From the NCBI RefSeq assembly GCF_006345805.1, contig NC_043002.1, forward strand, positions 57,908,001 to 57,972,000: a DNA stretch of 64,000 bases. The letters run 5' to 3'. The translations under genes were made by a program, and so were the position numbers. Source of the stretch: Octopus sinensis (lineage: Eukaryota). Below the pieces are notes generated by a model, which saw only the letters and a list, made by a program, of their open reading frames with translations, made no database searches and was not told the origin of the DNA. Positions 1 to 13,860 of the stretch are shown here, piece by piece. Within the stretch, counting starts at the first letter, position 1. Each line of letters begins with the position of its first letter.

Positions 1-811
1 TGACCGATCAGATTCATTATTAAAAGCGTTCATTCCACGTCCATTCCGTCACTTATTTTCTATTCTGTATTTAGAACTACATTTTATGCAATGTGTTCTT
101 CATTTCTCATAACCAGATGGTATGATATGAGGGGAACTGATTCCAATTTCCGGCAGACGTCTCTTCCATCTCTTCGTAGCAACTGCTTTAAATATTTGTC
201 AGGATTAATGTTGCTATAACTGTTGTGATTTCTGTTGCGATTTCTGATGCAATCAAGAATGCAAACAGCGTCAACAGAGCATCTAAGGCACAACAAACCT
301 ATATTAGAAACATTAACAGTTGCTATCATTGTGATTGCCGTTGTTGTTATAAGTCTTGTTGCGTTTTCTATTGCGATTGCTGCAGCAATGGGGATTGCTA
401 ACAGTATCAACGCAGCAACTACGATAAGACGAAACGTACCTATTTTACGATTGTCAATGGTTGCTTTTATTGTGAATGTTGTTGTAATTGATTTTGATAG
501 TTTTTCTTTTTGTTTTTGTCTCTGTTGAGTCATCTGTTCAGCTCTGTTTGAGCGTGAACCTTCCCATAAATAGACATCATTCATCAAATCATATGAGTCT
601 TGTTCTTAATCGTGACTTTCCATAATTGCCTTTCAATATATTTTTGTCGTCTCTTTAAACCTATCGTTATGAATAGCTTATGATATTCCTAAACCATAAT
701 TATTTCTATTATTTTTATTCTATTATTATTACTATCATTATTATTGTTGTTGCTGTTGTTGATGTTATTATTCCAATCACGTCTTACATCGTATATAGAG
801 AGGGAGAAAAT

Positions 812-850
<39 letters not shown>

Positions 851-1286
851 TAAAAGAGTGTAAAAGAGTGTACAAGAGTGTAAAAGAGGGGATTAACGCA
901 AGAGCTACAAGATGAGTTCACATACTAGGCTGCGTGTTAGGCAATGAGTAATTTATGCTATGCGTGTGCAGAGAGAATGGGTTACAGGGACTGAGATTTC
1001 TCTCTCTTCCGCCCTTTCTCTCTCCCCTCTTTCTCTCACTCTCTCTCTCCCCCTCTCTCTGTATATATATATATTGCAATTAAGTTTGATTCGGCCTCAA
1101 GCGATTTAAATTTTCGTTCTTAAGGAAAGCTGGCTCGTCGAGTTCAGTTAACCACATGGCACCGAATCAAACAGTTTTAAATAATGATATATTTAACACC
1201 TACTAAATCTATCCGTTGAGTGTCTCTTTCTTTCGTTCGTCCATGACCTATAAATACGTACACTCGTATTTATTTATATATATATT

Positions 1287-1704
1287 CTCTTACTCTTTAC
1301 TCTTTTACTCTTTTACTTGTTTCAGTCATTTGACTGCGGCCATGCTGGAGCACCGCCTTTAGTCGAGCAAATCGACCCCGGGACTTATTCTTTGTAAGCC
1401 CAGTACTTATTCTATCGGTCTCTTTTGCCGAACCGCTAAGAGACGGGGACGTAAACACACCAGCATCGGTTGTCAAGCAATGCTAGGGGGACAAACACAG
1501 ACACACAAACATATACACACACACTTATATATATATACATATTTACGACAGGCTTCTTTCAGTTTCCGTCTACCAAATCCACTCACAAGGCATTGGTCGG
1601 CCCGGGGCTATAGCAGAAGACACTTGCCCAAGATGCCACGCAGTGGGACTGAACCCGGAATCATGTGGTTGGTTAGCAAGCTACTTACCACACAGCCACT
1701 CCTA
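1287..1704 (-). mobile_element. tRNA-type CORE-like SINE, family A (near full length)
   Basis: Reverse complement begins AGGAGTGGCTGTGTGGTAAG (A box) and GGTTCAGTCCC (B box-like). It has a CORE-like CTTGGGCAAGTG, an internal microsatellite and the tail GCATGGCCGCAGTCAAATGACTGAAACAAGTAAAAGAG. Confidence 0.85.
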
Positions 1705-2362
1705 TATATAATGATGTGTGTATGTATGTATAAATGTATGGATACATGTATGTATGCATGTATGTATGTGTATATCGACAGTGTGTGAGAGAGAGAGAGA
1801 CAGAGAGAGACAGAGAGAAAGAAAGAAAGGAAGGAAAGAAAAAGAAAGATAGTGTGTGTGTATGAGAGAGAGAGAGAGAGAGAGAGAATGATCGTGTGTG
1901 AATGAGAGCGAGTAACTTCCTTGATATAAATCAACATAGTGTAATTTTGTTTTCAGTTAACATTTTGTTCTTCTTAAATATTATTTAATTTAATATTATT
2001 TTAAGAAAAAAGAAACGCTTCTTTTGGAAATTAGAACTTATTTCATCATTCTGTGCAAGCAGCAAGACAGTTGATAAAAGTTATATTATAATCACTTCAT
2101 GTATGACATATTTCCTGATGTTATCCATGGTGATAAAGATACACTTCCTGAATTACCTGCCGTATGAGGAGTAACACTTTAGACTCATAATAAAATATTA
2201 AGAAGAAATAAACTATGTGAAGCTTTTGAAGTATAATTTACAATAAGAATATTCAGTCTCTGACCAACAACGTGTGACGATCACAAAGTCTTAGGTTCAG
2301 TTCCATGACTGCCTGGCGCGTTATGTTCTTGAGCGAGTCACTTCATTTCACATTGTTCCATA

Positions 2363-2397
<35 letters not shown>

Positions 2398-2519
2398 TTC
2401 ACTCAAGGTAGCCCATCCTGCATGTGCCGATGGGTTAAACGTTGGAAGAGAGTCGAGAAGGTCTAAGCACGACTACATAGGCACCTACAAAAATCAGTGA
2501 AAGCATGGTACATATTAAC

Positions 2520-2826
2520 TGGCACTGCATCGATTACGGCGACAAGGGTTCCAGTTGAACCGATCAACCGGAAAACTTGCTCGTAGAATGAACGTTCTAG
2601 TGGTTGAGCACTCCGCAGACACACGTACTTTTAAGGTAGCTCTCAGGAGGATTCAGCGTAATTCAGAATGCTACAAGGCCGGTTCATTGAAATGTAGGTA
2701 CTGCTCATTTTTACCAGCTATGTGGATTGGAACAACGTGAAATAAAGTGTCTTGCTCAAGGACACAACACACAACCCGATATCGAACGATTGTGAGCCGA
2801 ACTCTAACCACTAAGCCACACTCCTT
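2520..2826 (-). mobile_element. Chimeric SINE: CORE-like head plus family C 3' domain
   Basis: Reverse complement has head GGCTTAGTGGTTAGAG and GTGTCCTTGAGCAAGACAC, then TCAACTGGAACCCTTGTCGCCGTAA homologous to the family C tail. Confidence 0.65.
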
Positions 2827-2958
2827 CAGACGGTATATATATATCACCATGACGTACCTATTCGTAGACGACAGCCTGCTCTTGAAACAGATACCACAAA
2901 AGTGGCATTTGATTGCTTGGTTCTCGTAACACAGTCTTGCGTTTATAACATGTGAAGA

Positions 2959-3138
2959 ACTTTCTACTGCAGGCACAAGGCTTCAAATTTGTGGGGAGGG
3001 GACTAGTCGACCCCAGTGTTTCACTGGTACCTAATTTATCGACCCTAAAAGAATGAAAGGCAAAGTCGACCACGGCAGACTTTGAACTCAGAACGTAGCG
3101 ATGGGCGAAATACTGTTAAACATTTTTCCTGGCGTGCC
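2959..3138 (-). mobile_element. SINE family B (GGCGGCGAGCTGGCAGAA..TCTGAGTTCAAATTCCGCCGAGGTCGACTTTGCC)
   Basis: Reverse-complement match to the family body. Confidence 0.8.
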
Positions 3139-3661
3139 ATCTCCCCGACTTGTTTATAGCGTGTAAAGTAAGACGAGTTTCGGATTTATGGTCGAAAGGA
3201 AGAAATTGTAGATAAAACCACAGGATAATGGCAGGTCAAAGGAAGCCGGTTAATATTTCATGAGCAATAACCAACATAGGGTTGTATATATATATGTGGG
3301 TGCTAGAGAAAGAGAGAAAGGGAGAGGGGGTCTGATAGAGTGAGAAATAGGGGACTTCATAGATTTGAGTGATAGGGCTAAGTAGAATGCCAGATATAGA
3401 AAGGTATACTATATATAGTATATGTGTGTGTGTATACATACATACGAGCATATATACACAGCATATACATGTATATACAAACACACACTTACCTACTTAT
3501 CTACAAGCATACATAGACACCCATACACACACTTACACATACATGTATACGTACGTACATACACACACACACACACCTACATACACACATACATATACAT
3601 ACGTGCTCACATATCTACATACATACATGCATACACACATACATACATACATTACATACAT

Positions 3662-4215
3662 ACAGATGGCCACAACTATCACGTCACAACTACATTATCC
3701 AACCGAAATCGTTATTTAATCACAATTGTATCACTGCTCGCCATGAGCGGTGGAGGCGCAATGACCCAATGGTTAGGGCGGTGGACACGCGGTCGTAGCA
3801 TCGCAGTTTCGTTTCCTAGACCGGGCGTTGTGAGTGTTTATTGAACGAAAACATCTAAAGCTCTACGAAGCTCCGGCAGGGGGGGGGGCGAACCCTGCTG
3901 TACACTTTCACCACGGCCCTCTCTCACTCTTTCTTCCTGTTCCTGTTGTACCTGTATTTCAAAGGGCCAGCCTCGTCACACTCTATGTCATGCTGAGTCT
4001 CCCCGAGAATTACATTAAGGGGACACGTGTTTGTGGAGTGCTCAGCCACTTGGATGTTAATTTCACGAGCAGGCTGTTCCGTTGATCGGATCAACTGGAA
4101 CCCTCGTCATCGTAACCGACGGAGTGCTACGACCTAGACAGATGGCCACAACTGTGACGTCACAACTACATTATCCAACCGAAATCGTTACCTAATCACA
4201 ATTGTTTCACCGCTC
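3662..4215 (+). repeat. 78-bp direct repeats (3662-3739; 4138-4215) flanking a SINE
   Basis: ACAGATGGCCACAACT..AATCACAATTGT.TCAC.GCTC occurs twice with 6 mismatches. Confidence 0.85.
3749..4130 (+). mobile_element. tRNA(Arg)-like SINE, family C, full length
   Basis: tRNA-like head (GCAATGACCCAATGGTTAGGGC..) and 3' domain ..CACGAGCAGGCTGTTCCGTTGATCGGATCAACTGGAACCCTCGTC..; the 63.5 kb copy shows CTCGCGG in the anticodon position. Confidence 0.8.
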
Positions 4216-4750
4216 AGCTACCAAGAGCGACTTTAGCAATGACTCACTCCTACACCTATTAATAGACACGCGTCTAATGTATCACGTATAGTCAACATTG
4301 ACAGTAACATAAGCTATTTTTTGTTGAGTCGCCTAATATTATTTTTTAATGACATCTTCCAAAATAGTTTTGTCATAAAATGAAATTTATATTTCCTATT
4401 ACGAGATGCTATTCTTTGCTTAAACGTTTTGTCAATGTACAAAATTGTTGTCATGCACGAGAAAAAAATATAATCCAAACAGTAATGTGAGGTTATGTGT
4501 GTGTTGTGTGTGTGTGTATGTTTGAATGAGAGTGCGTTGATGTGAGCGCATGGTTGTATGTGTTTATGTGAACATATATAGGCGCAGGCGTGGCTGTGTG
4601 GTAAAGAGTTTGCTTCTCAAACAAATGGTTTTGAGTTCGGTCTCGCTACGTGGTACCTTCAGCAAGTGTTTTCTGCTTTAACCTTAGCCTTCATCGATTT
4701 TCGAGCCTTATTGAGTGCACATCAGCGGTGTCTGCATTACTTGACCAATC

Positions 4751-5228
4751 ATAGGTGCAGGAGTGGCTGAGTCGTAAGTAGCTTGCTTACCAACCACATA
4801 GTTGCGAGTTCAGTCTCACTGCATGACATATTGGGCAAGTGTCTTTTACTATAGCCTCGAGCCGATCAAAGCCTTGTACGTAGATTTGGTAGACAGAAAC
4901 TGAAAAAAGCCCGTCGTATATATGTATGTGGTGCCCCAGTGGTGCCCCAGCATGGCCGCGGCCTTCGGGCTAAAATATTTTAAAGGATTTAAAGGATTTA
5001 TATATATATGCATGTGTGTATATATATGTATGTCTGTGTGTGTCCTCCCAACATCGCTTGATAACCGATGCTAGTGTGTTTACGTCCCAGTAACTTAGCA
5101 GTTCAGCAAAAGGGACGGTAGAATAAGTACTAAGCTTATAAACAATACGTCCTAGGGTCGATTTGCTCAAATAAAGGCGGTGCTCCAGCATGGCCGCAGT
5201 CAAATGACTGAAACAAGTGAAAGGATAA
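4751..5228 (+). mobile_element. SINE family A (a 5' fragment also lies at ~4580-4690)
   Basis: Same head, CORE-like block and tail as 1287-1704. Confidence 0.85.
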
Positions 5229-5637
5229 AACCCCAGAGAAATAAGCAACCAATCTATTAAAATACACAACTAATCCGTTAGCTTCAGATATCTGGGGCTA
5301 CAAATTTGCATAGCGAAACACTTTATTTGATATCAGCAGTCTGGCAACGCGGATCACAACCTTCAAAGTATGATGCTGTACATAAAACACTTCATCCGGC
5401 GTTGCTCTGCGATGATTTTGACGTCAGATGTGTTGCACACCGTGCAACTGTACCGGCAATATCGATTTGGTGGACGAAATGTGCTAATGTAGAGCTCAAA
5501 TATGTGTTCTCTATCAATTAATCGTCTTTTAACAACTGATACTTGACACCACCTCTCACACCATTCATCTGTCTCTCCACTCGTCTCTCTCTCTTTTATA
5601 GCTGATTCGTTGACATCCGTTTCTCATCTACACTTAC

Positions 5638-5935
5638 CTCGGTGGATCCCAAACTTTTTCCGGCTGCTGCCCCCTTGACACCCAGGTTACATTCTTACCA
5701 CCCCACCCCCAAGTAACCTTCGCAAACGTAGGCTCCTTCCTGAAGCAAAGTCAAAGCAACTGTATTTGACAAATAAAACTTAACCTAATGAACCCATAAT
5801 TTTGTTGTTACTACCCCATTGTCGCCCCTCTTTTTACATGAATTCCTATCCCATTATTGCCCCACTTTTCTTCAACGCCCCCTTGGAACTTTTCACCACT
5901 CCCGGGGGGCGGGTAATACCGCTCACGTTGGTATT
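5638..5935 (+). mobile_element. Possible hAT-type MITE
   Basis: Left end CGGTGGATCCCAAACTTTTT resembles Charlie-type ends; the right end is degenerate. Confidence 0.35.
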
Positions 5936-7299
5936 TTTCAACCTTCTGTTTCTCAACCATTTTTTACCTATCGACTCCTTTGACTCCTATTTTACTCGGA
6001 TGGATCCTCCTACACGTTCGATGCTTAAAACAATCATATTAATATCAAATATTATTTGTAATTGTTTATAAAAATTGTTAAAATATGTTGCACATTGTAG
6101 ACGTGTAGCCAATTTATAGCAGATAAATTTTAGCTACAAAATTTGTTATGGCCCCCGGTTAAGATTAAAATTTAACTTATCCACTTCTTGTTCACTTGCA
6201 CCGACCAATAAGGTTCTTTACTTACATGTCAAATCAGCGTCGTCCGAAATTTCAGCCTTTTCAGTCCTCATGACAAACTATCCAAACCAACCAATCACCA
6301 TACTTCGCCTCACTACTTGACTTCATCTTTTTCTCCAATATCTCTGTTAGTTTTCATCTCGTGGTAAATTCAATTCTAAAATGTAGCGTCAAATTACTGT
6401 GTATCTGTGACAGCCATTACATACGCTAAAAATAAGACTTCCATTATTGTATTGCTGTTAGGATTTAAGAGAACAGGACCTATAATTATATTTGGGATCA
6501 ATATATCAGATGTTAACATGTCTCGTAAAGATAAATGGATTAATTGATTAGGCTTTAAGACACAATCTAAAACCTCATATCTAACCAATTGAAGTTATTT
6601 TTTACGTGTTATTCAATACTTTTCTTGTAAGATATCGATTCCCATATTTTCTTTGGTTTAAAATGGTCTTACAGACATCAGAAGGAAGTTAATTTACAGC
6701 TACATTTCCAGACATGTAGACATAGCAGTCAAACTCCCTCACGCAAAAACTTGGCGTTTAAAAAAAACACCTCGGATAATGTAGTTCTGTACAGACCACA
6801 TGGTGTACATGTTCACTCATACATACAAACACACACATACTGACATAATCATGTCAGCCAGACAGGTGGGTGTGTGGACAAATAGACAAGATGTACATGT
6901 ATAGACGCATATATAATCATGTAAATATCTAAAAGAAGTACTGATGTATATTCAGGATTTATACAAAGAAAAACTGACGTAGTCAAAGAGCAACACGCAA
7001 AAGGATGGCCTGCTCACATGTACCATGCTTTTGCTTATTGCTTTAGTTGCCTATGTAGTTGAAAGTAGACATAGACACTTTCTTGACCCAGCAGCATATT
7101 TTAAATCCTCATATAAAGAACATCAGGCGATACGAATACGACCGACATCAATCAACCGAAAGTTTTATGGGGTGTCTAAAAATTGCACATCGTTAGAAAC
7201 AAAGAAACTGGCACTCAACGAAAACGGTGGCACCCAACGAAAACGATTTAACAACTAGATCAAGCATTCCTTCCACATCTGGCAAGCAGAACAAAATAT

Positions 7300-8975
7300 C
7301 ATCATGGGACACTTGAAGAAGATGTTGATATTCTACTACAGACATATTTTATTGTCATTCCCTTTCCAAGAAATGAAACTACGGTAAAGTTCTTGGATGA
7401 ACTTTGAAGAGAAAATAAGCTGGTGCAAACATGGTGTTGGCAATATAAAAGACGAGAGTAGATAGTTTAAGGTGATGCATTGTGAATATCTCCACCCCTC
7501 CCTCGAAAATCAGAAATCGTAATAGAACACTTGAAAAGAAAGAATACACGAAACCTTTGAACACCTACACAATACTGACCGAAACTAAGAAATAAAAAAC
7601 GCAATCGGGACAATGAAAATAAAAAATATTAATAAAAGGGAATAGGAGACAGATTTATGAATAGGAAACTCTAAGAATGAAAATCGAAATATGGCAAAAT
7701 AAAGAATTAGAAACAAAAGACTTTCTGACGAAGCAAAAGAGATATTTCCCAAGGATAAATCTATAAAAGGAAATAGCAACAGTAAAAAAGAAAACAAAAA
7801 CTACTCACACAAATTTAACAATCGTGGAATAAATGAAAACAGACACGAACATCAATATCACTAGACTCATGGAAATTATATATGCAGCGTACTTTCTCAT
7901 AATATCAAAATTCAAGTAAACTACATAGACAACAAACCTACAAAACCCCATCCTCCAGAAAATAAAGACAATGTTTCAATCCTTAATGAAATCAATAATG
8001 AAATGATACAACTGCTAAACACGGAGAGGCAAATACCACAGAAATACAGCATAACAAAAGAAAAATAAGTAACTGAAATCAAAGAACGTATGGAACCCGA
8101 GAACTTCGCAATATCGTAAAGAATTCGTCGGTGTGACAAGCGATAACGATTTGTTGAAAAATACCAACTGTTCAACTCTAACCCGAAAGCATTTTATCAA
8201 TAATAAAGTAAAAATATTAAAAAGATATGACTAAAATGAAATGATTCGGATGAGGAGTATAGACAACAAATAAATCGCAGCCACAATGAACACAGCACAG
8301 GAACAATCTTGGGCATCATCAACAAAAGAAGAGACAGCAGCTCAGTTGCTATTGTATGGTTTAAGTTTTTAACAAGAACACATAAGGCCTAGAAGTTGAA
8401 ATGGTTGATAGCGAGGGAGCCAGAAGCAACGTACAAGTGGTTCACCGAAAAAAAAAACTGTTTGAAACCACAGCACTAAAGAAACTACTCTAAGAAACCC
8501 AGAGCCTTAACCTTTATCATTGACTATAGTTTGGGAAGTCTTAACTGCAATTACATCAGAAAAATGTCTAAACTGTTGAGAAAAGAAACAACCTTCTTCT
8601 AGGGAATCAGAACGAATTCTGCGAAGGCTCAGCTATTTGTGAAGATTAATTACTGGTTAACATAAGATTAATCAAAGACTGTATGAGAATAAAACATAGT
8701 CTTCTGACAGCGATCTCTATACGTGGATCCTGGAAACATTATCTATGAATAAGTTGGCACCAATAATAAGGAGATATATGTGTTACGTGCTGAGGAAGTG
8801 GTAAATAATTATCTCAGATATCAACGAGTAAGATGTATCAGAAAAGTGTAGGTTGTGAAATGAAAGAGACGAGTAAATCTTCTACGTAACATCAGAGTGG
8901 TCGAAAATATCACAAATTCAAAATAAGCTTGGACATGATAATATGGCCAGGATCATCCATGTAGAATTGAATCCG
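7300..8975 (+). pseudogene. Decayed RLE-type non-LTR retrotransposon (R4/Dong-like); RT largely missing
   Basis: Hand-translated remnants: MEIIYAA (~7870), RFVEKYQLFNSNPKAFYQ (~8146), SEKCRL*NERDE (~8838) and HDNMARIIHVEL (~8933), typical of the pre-RT and CCHC regions; many stops and frameshifts. Confidence 0.6.
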
Positions 8976-9796
8976 AAAAATGGTCTTATTAGTGAGGTCA
9001 AATGGTGTAACCAATATTATTTCTATAGTTAATTCTCTAGATCTAGATGGGGAATTATAAAAAATAATCATATTTCTTTTAGCAGAGGAATATTCCAGCT
9101 TTTCATCTTGCTTTCATGGCGGCGCTAATACATTGAGCCAACAGCTTAAACAAGACTGGATTCAAATGTAAATGCTGTGAGAGAATATTGGTGTTTGGAA
9201 TTTGGGGGTGGTAGTGGGGAAGAATTAAAAAATGATTTTTGGTCATTTCTGCTTCGTCCCAAAATAGAATATTTTTAGAATTTTTATTTTTTTTATTTTT
9301 AATAAAAGAAATATTTTTGGTAATTTTTGCATTGTTCCAAAAGTACTTCTTCGGGGCTTTCCTAACAGTTCATAAAATGTATTAAAATCTAACCCTTTCA
9401 CACTACCTCAGTTTTTCATTTTTTTCGTTTTCATTCCTCAGTCGTTACTTTCGTTTACTTGTTCATATTCTCCTGTCTTCTTCATAAATGCTTTGACTTC
9501 ATTCAACTTCTCTTAACTTAGCCTAGTTTTAATGTGATTCTATACGTCACTCTCTCAACGCCCCCTACTAACGGCGTTGACGCTCTATACTAGGCTACGA
9601 GAGAAGAACCAACTATATATTGTATATGGACAACTTCAAGTTATATGCTGCATGTGATAAATAACCATGAAGACTGATACAGAAAATCGGATGAAAACAA
9701 TATACCAGGGTGAGCTTGTAAAGAAGAAAATAAGAACACTAGTTTAGTACTTGAAACTGACAGATCAAAAATATGATTAAATATTCCCTGACAAGT

Positions 9797-10011
9797 ATTC
9801 TTTTCTACTCTAGGCACAAGGCCCAAAATTTTGAGGGAGGGGACCGGTCGATTAGATCGATCTCAGTATGCAGTTGGTACTTAATTTATCGATTCCGAAT
9901 GGATGAAAGGCAAAATGATTTCGGCGGAATTGGAAGCCAGATCGTAAAGACAGAGGAAATAACGCCAAACATTTCGCTCGGCGTGCTAACGGTTTTGCCA
10001 GCTCGCCGCCT
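9797..10011 (-). mobile_element. SINE family B, full length
   Basis: TTCTTTTCTACTCTAGGCACAAGG..GCCAGCTCGCCGCC. Confidence 0.85.
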
Positions 10012-10138
10012 TGTCCCTTTACAAATATTAAAGTGTCGATTAAAGAACATAGAGTCGACCACAACGAAGGAGAGAAAAACTAAAGAAGATATGTTATAAA
10101 CAGATTAGATTTACATTAAATATAAAAAGGTAATAGAT

Positions 10139-10322
10139 ATAGGCGTAGGGGTGGCTGTGTGGTAAGTAGCTTGCTTACCAACCACATAATTCTGGGTTCA
10201 GTACCACTGCGTGGCACCTTGGGCAAGTGTCTTCTACTGTAGTCTCAAGCCGATCAAACACTTGTGAGTGGATTTGGTAGACGGAAACTGAAAGAAGCCG
10301 GCCGTGTATGTATATATATATA

Positions 10323-10368
<46 letters not shown>

Positions 10369-10568
10369 TGGTGTGTATGATTGTACCCTCATCATCGCCT
10401 GACAAGCGATGCTGGTGTGTTTACGTCCTCGTAATTTAGCGGTTCAGCAAAAGGGGTATGATAGAATAAGTACTAGGCTTACAAAGAATAAGTCCTGGCT
10501 CAAGTTGGTCGATTAGAGGCGGTCTTCCAGCATGGCCGCAGTCAAATGACTGAAGCAAATAAAAGAAA
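10139..10568 (+). mobile_element. SINE family A
   Basis: Full head-to-tail match with an internal (TA)(TG)n tract. Confidence 0.85.
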
Positions 10569-10703
10569 AAATGGAAAAAATAAACGAATATCCATTTTGT
10601 CATAATCAGTAATTAATATTTTGAAATGGACACTAAACTAATTAGCAAGATGTCTTTATTTTTTGATAATTATAAATAATGAATGCACTTAGCTTGTATA
10701 GAC

Positions 10704-10958
10704 CAGCGGCTCCCATCCAGGTTCCGAATGGCCCTTGGAGATCCGTATAAAATGTCTTTGTTAAAATTTATTTGTAATAAACTAACAATAAAGAATTCAC
10801 AAAATATTTAAAGAATTTCTTTTATACAATTCCGAATGTTTAATCAAGAAAATATTTTAGTTTTTAGACATTCAATGACTATATGAGTTCGTCTCACCTG
10901 AGTTATATGGGAATCAAAGGTGTCCGTAGATAGAAAATGATGGAGAACAAGTAGTTTA
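10704..10958 (+). mobile_element. Possible hAT-type MITE
   Basis: CAGCGGCTCCCATCC.. and ..GATGGAGAACAAGTAG are degenerate complementary ends. Confidence 0.3.
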
Positions 10959-11099
10959 GACCGCTATAAACTTATCAGACATATTGTACTTCTGACAAAA
11001 TAAAGAAGTAAAAATCTTAGGCATCTAGAGACTATTATATTCACTATAGTATAGCAAAAATATTAATAATAGAAAACTTAAAGAAAAACATGACAGGAG

Positions 11100-11480
11100 G
11101 AATGCATCTACATGGTTCTCCATCGCCTACCAGTCCGATGTTTATCGTCAGTTTCTCCTGCATTGAATGGATAAATGATAAACGTTTCACTGGATGCAGC
11201 CTTCTTTTCGGCCATAATTGAAAATGAGCAATGGAATTTGACGAAATACATGTCGAATTTACAATATTGTTCTTGTAGACCCTAAGTGGATGGGGCCATC
11301 TGAGAATAGAATAGGTGTGACCTTATGCATAATACAATGATTATGACATGGTACGAACTGACGTCCTCTCTGCGAGTGGTCTGATACTATATGGAATAGG
11401 TCATTTATATTCTTCGTAGGAAAGAAAGCAATATACTGTAAAAAGTTCAGAATATTTGCAATTTCAATCGATTCTGCCAA
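11100..11480 (-). pseudogene. Possible RTE-type apurinic endonuclease remnant
   Basis: SQRGRQFVPCHNHCIMHKVT..SDG and GRRWRT loosely resemble LINE endonuclease motifs; weak. Confidence 0.3.
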
Positions 11481-11774
11481 TAACAGAATTCTGGAGATTG
11501 TTGGTTTCTAAATGCTGAGGGGCAAATATTTAAAAATATTTCTATATGGATCGTACAGCAGCTAACTCTTTTAACTATTTCATATGTTATTTAACTATAT
11601 ATATATATATGTATATATCATCCGGCTGATACTATATCCATCAACAATAAGATATTCAATAGCATTATCATGTTCAAGAGTATTATTAATATCATAGTCG
11701 ATATCTCCATCAACAGCACATTTTCATCTGCAGCATGTGATATCGCCATCAACACTGTGATATCTCAAAATGCA

Positions 11775-11960
11775 CACACACACACCACACACACACACAC
11801 GTATGTATGTATGTATGTATGTATGTATGTATGTATGTATGTATGTATGTATGTATGTATGTATGTATGTATGTATGTATATATAGATATATATATTTAT
11901 TTATGTATGTATTTAGTTATTTATCTATTTATTTTTATTTATATATATATATATATATAA
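11775..11960. repeat. (CA)n/(TATG)n/(TA)n microsatellites
   Basis: Direct inspection. Confidence 0.95.
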
Positions 11961-12721
11961 TTTTCGATAATATAATTTTCAAGTACACACTATCTGTATC
12001 GACAATGAATTTTCTTGCGCAATATAACATTTCCATAACAAGAATATCTTATAATATTCAATAACGTATCCTCTTCAAGTGTACATCTCCATCAACGCTA
12101 TATATTCCGTGTGCTGGACGAGATATTACCAGCAGCAATGTATTATTGCATTTATCACATTTGATATCTTTATCAAAAATACCAGTCTGCTTGAAAGTAT
12201 AGTACGCCGGATTAAATGCCACACGCCATTTTGTGGTGAGGGTTTTGGAGAGGCTCTGAGTCCAATCTATCGCTTGTTTAACTTCGTCTTTCATCTCTTG
12301 TGGGTGCCATTAAAACGAATACTTTGTGTTTTGTTTTTTAAAACAAAAATGTAAAGCTCGTTTGTTAACCACTTGGCTTCGGGTTATGTTCCACAGCGCA
12401 GCACCTTGGGCGAGTATCTTCTTCTTTTCATATAGCACTGAGCCAACCAATCCGTTATGAATGAATTTGATAGAGGGAAACGGTTCCCGTTTTTTCTCAC
12501 TTTTTGACTTCTCATTCCACTTTTTGCATCAACCATCATCTCGGTTTTTTCTCGTGGTTTCTCACGAAGTATCAGCATCCTGTTTTTCAAATAGAACAAA
12601 CCATGTGCCCAGAGCACGAAGATTGGTTTAAGACACAAGATATGTTATAAAATCTGCCTAACCATATGTCTCAATGGCAAGAAACTATCAGTAGCTTTCA
12701 ATCTAGCAGCGTGTATTAAAT

Positions 12722-12766
<45 letters not shown>

Positions 12767-12939
12767 ACACACATTTATCTAACCAATAAGCTACGCAGTT
12801 TCACAGGGAAATCTATAATAGAACGATTATCAACAGTATGATATCCTCGTGTATATTATAAAGCAATCAACAGTGTAATGTATCGTATCTTATTTCAAAC
12901 ATATAAGACAGCATAACAGGGTCTCTGTCACTCTCCTTT

Positions 12940-12976
<37 letters not shown>

Positions 12977-13194
12977 GCTCTCTCTCCCTTTCTCTCTCTC
13001 TCCCATTGTGTTAAAATTATTCCATTCAAGATTTCACGAGGGAACTTCCATATACTAATAATAGTAGCCAAAATCTCTTTCACATCACACTGCTCTGCTA
13101 ACTTAAAACAGTTATGGAATACATTTGTTCAGGCATGAACGATTTTTCTGATGCCGACTTCAAAGAACATGGCACTACTCAAAATCTTCAAGTT

Positions 13195-13221
13195 AATTTA
13201 TCTATACCTATATCCCTATCT

Positions 13222-13313
<92 letters not shown>

Positions 13314-13350
13314 ATCTCTCTCTCTCTCTCTATGAATATATATATATAAA
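13195..13350. repeat. (TATC)n/(CT)n microsatellite
   Basis: Direct inspection; similar (TATC)/(GATA) tracts at 14900-15014, 18080-18200, 41792-41850 and 44288-44380. Confidence 0.95.
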
Positions 13351-13860
13351 ACCACACGGTTCCGGGTTTAGTTCAACTGCGTGACAAATTGGGAAAGTAC
13401 CTTCTACTATAAACTCGTGTCGCTCAAAGCCTTCTGAGTGGATTTGGTAGACGGAAACTGAAAGAAGCCTGTCATATCTATAGGCGTATATATTTATGTA
13501 TATATTTGTGTGTTTGTGTTTGTCCCTCCACCATCACTTGGTGTGTTTACGTCCCAGTATCTTAGCGGTTCAACAAAAGAGACCGATAGAATAAGTACCA
13601 GGCTTACAATAATTAGGTCCAAAGTCGATTTCTTCGACTAAAGGTTGGTGCTCCTGCATGGACACAGTAAAAGAACACACACACACACACAATCGGCTTT
13701 TTTGATTTTCTGTCTACCAAACCCACAAATCCACTCGCAAGGCTTTGGTCAAACCGAGGCTATAATGGAAGACTATAATGGAAGCCCAAGGTACCACACA
13801 GTGAGACCGAATCTAAAATCATATCGTTGGGAATCTAAATTTCTATCACTCTGCCACGCA
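13350..13860. mobile_element. Two SINE family A copies tail to tail (+13350-13670; -13700-13860)
   Basis: GGATTTGGTAGACGGAAACTGAAAGAAGCC on +; the reverse complement of the head follows at 13700. Confidence 0.7.

Noticed and set aside
84-587. 167-aa minus ORF and overlapping 97-aa plus ORF with hydrophobic and Cys-rich stretches
   Set aside because: Built from degenerate ATT/GTT/GCT/TGC triplet repeats that open several frames at once; no recognisable domain.
3755-3826. tRNA-Arg-like sequence (also 63537-63608)
   Set aside because: It is the head of a SINE; the cloverleaf is imperfect and it continues into the SINE body.
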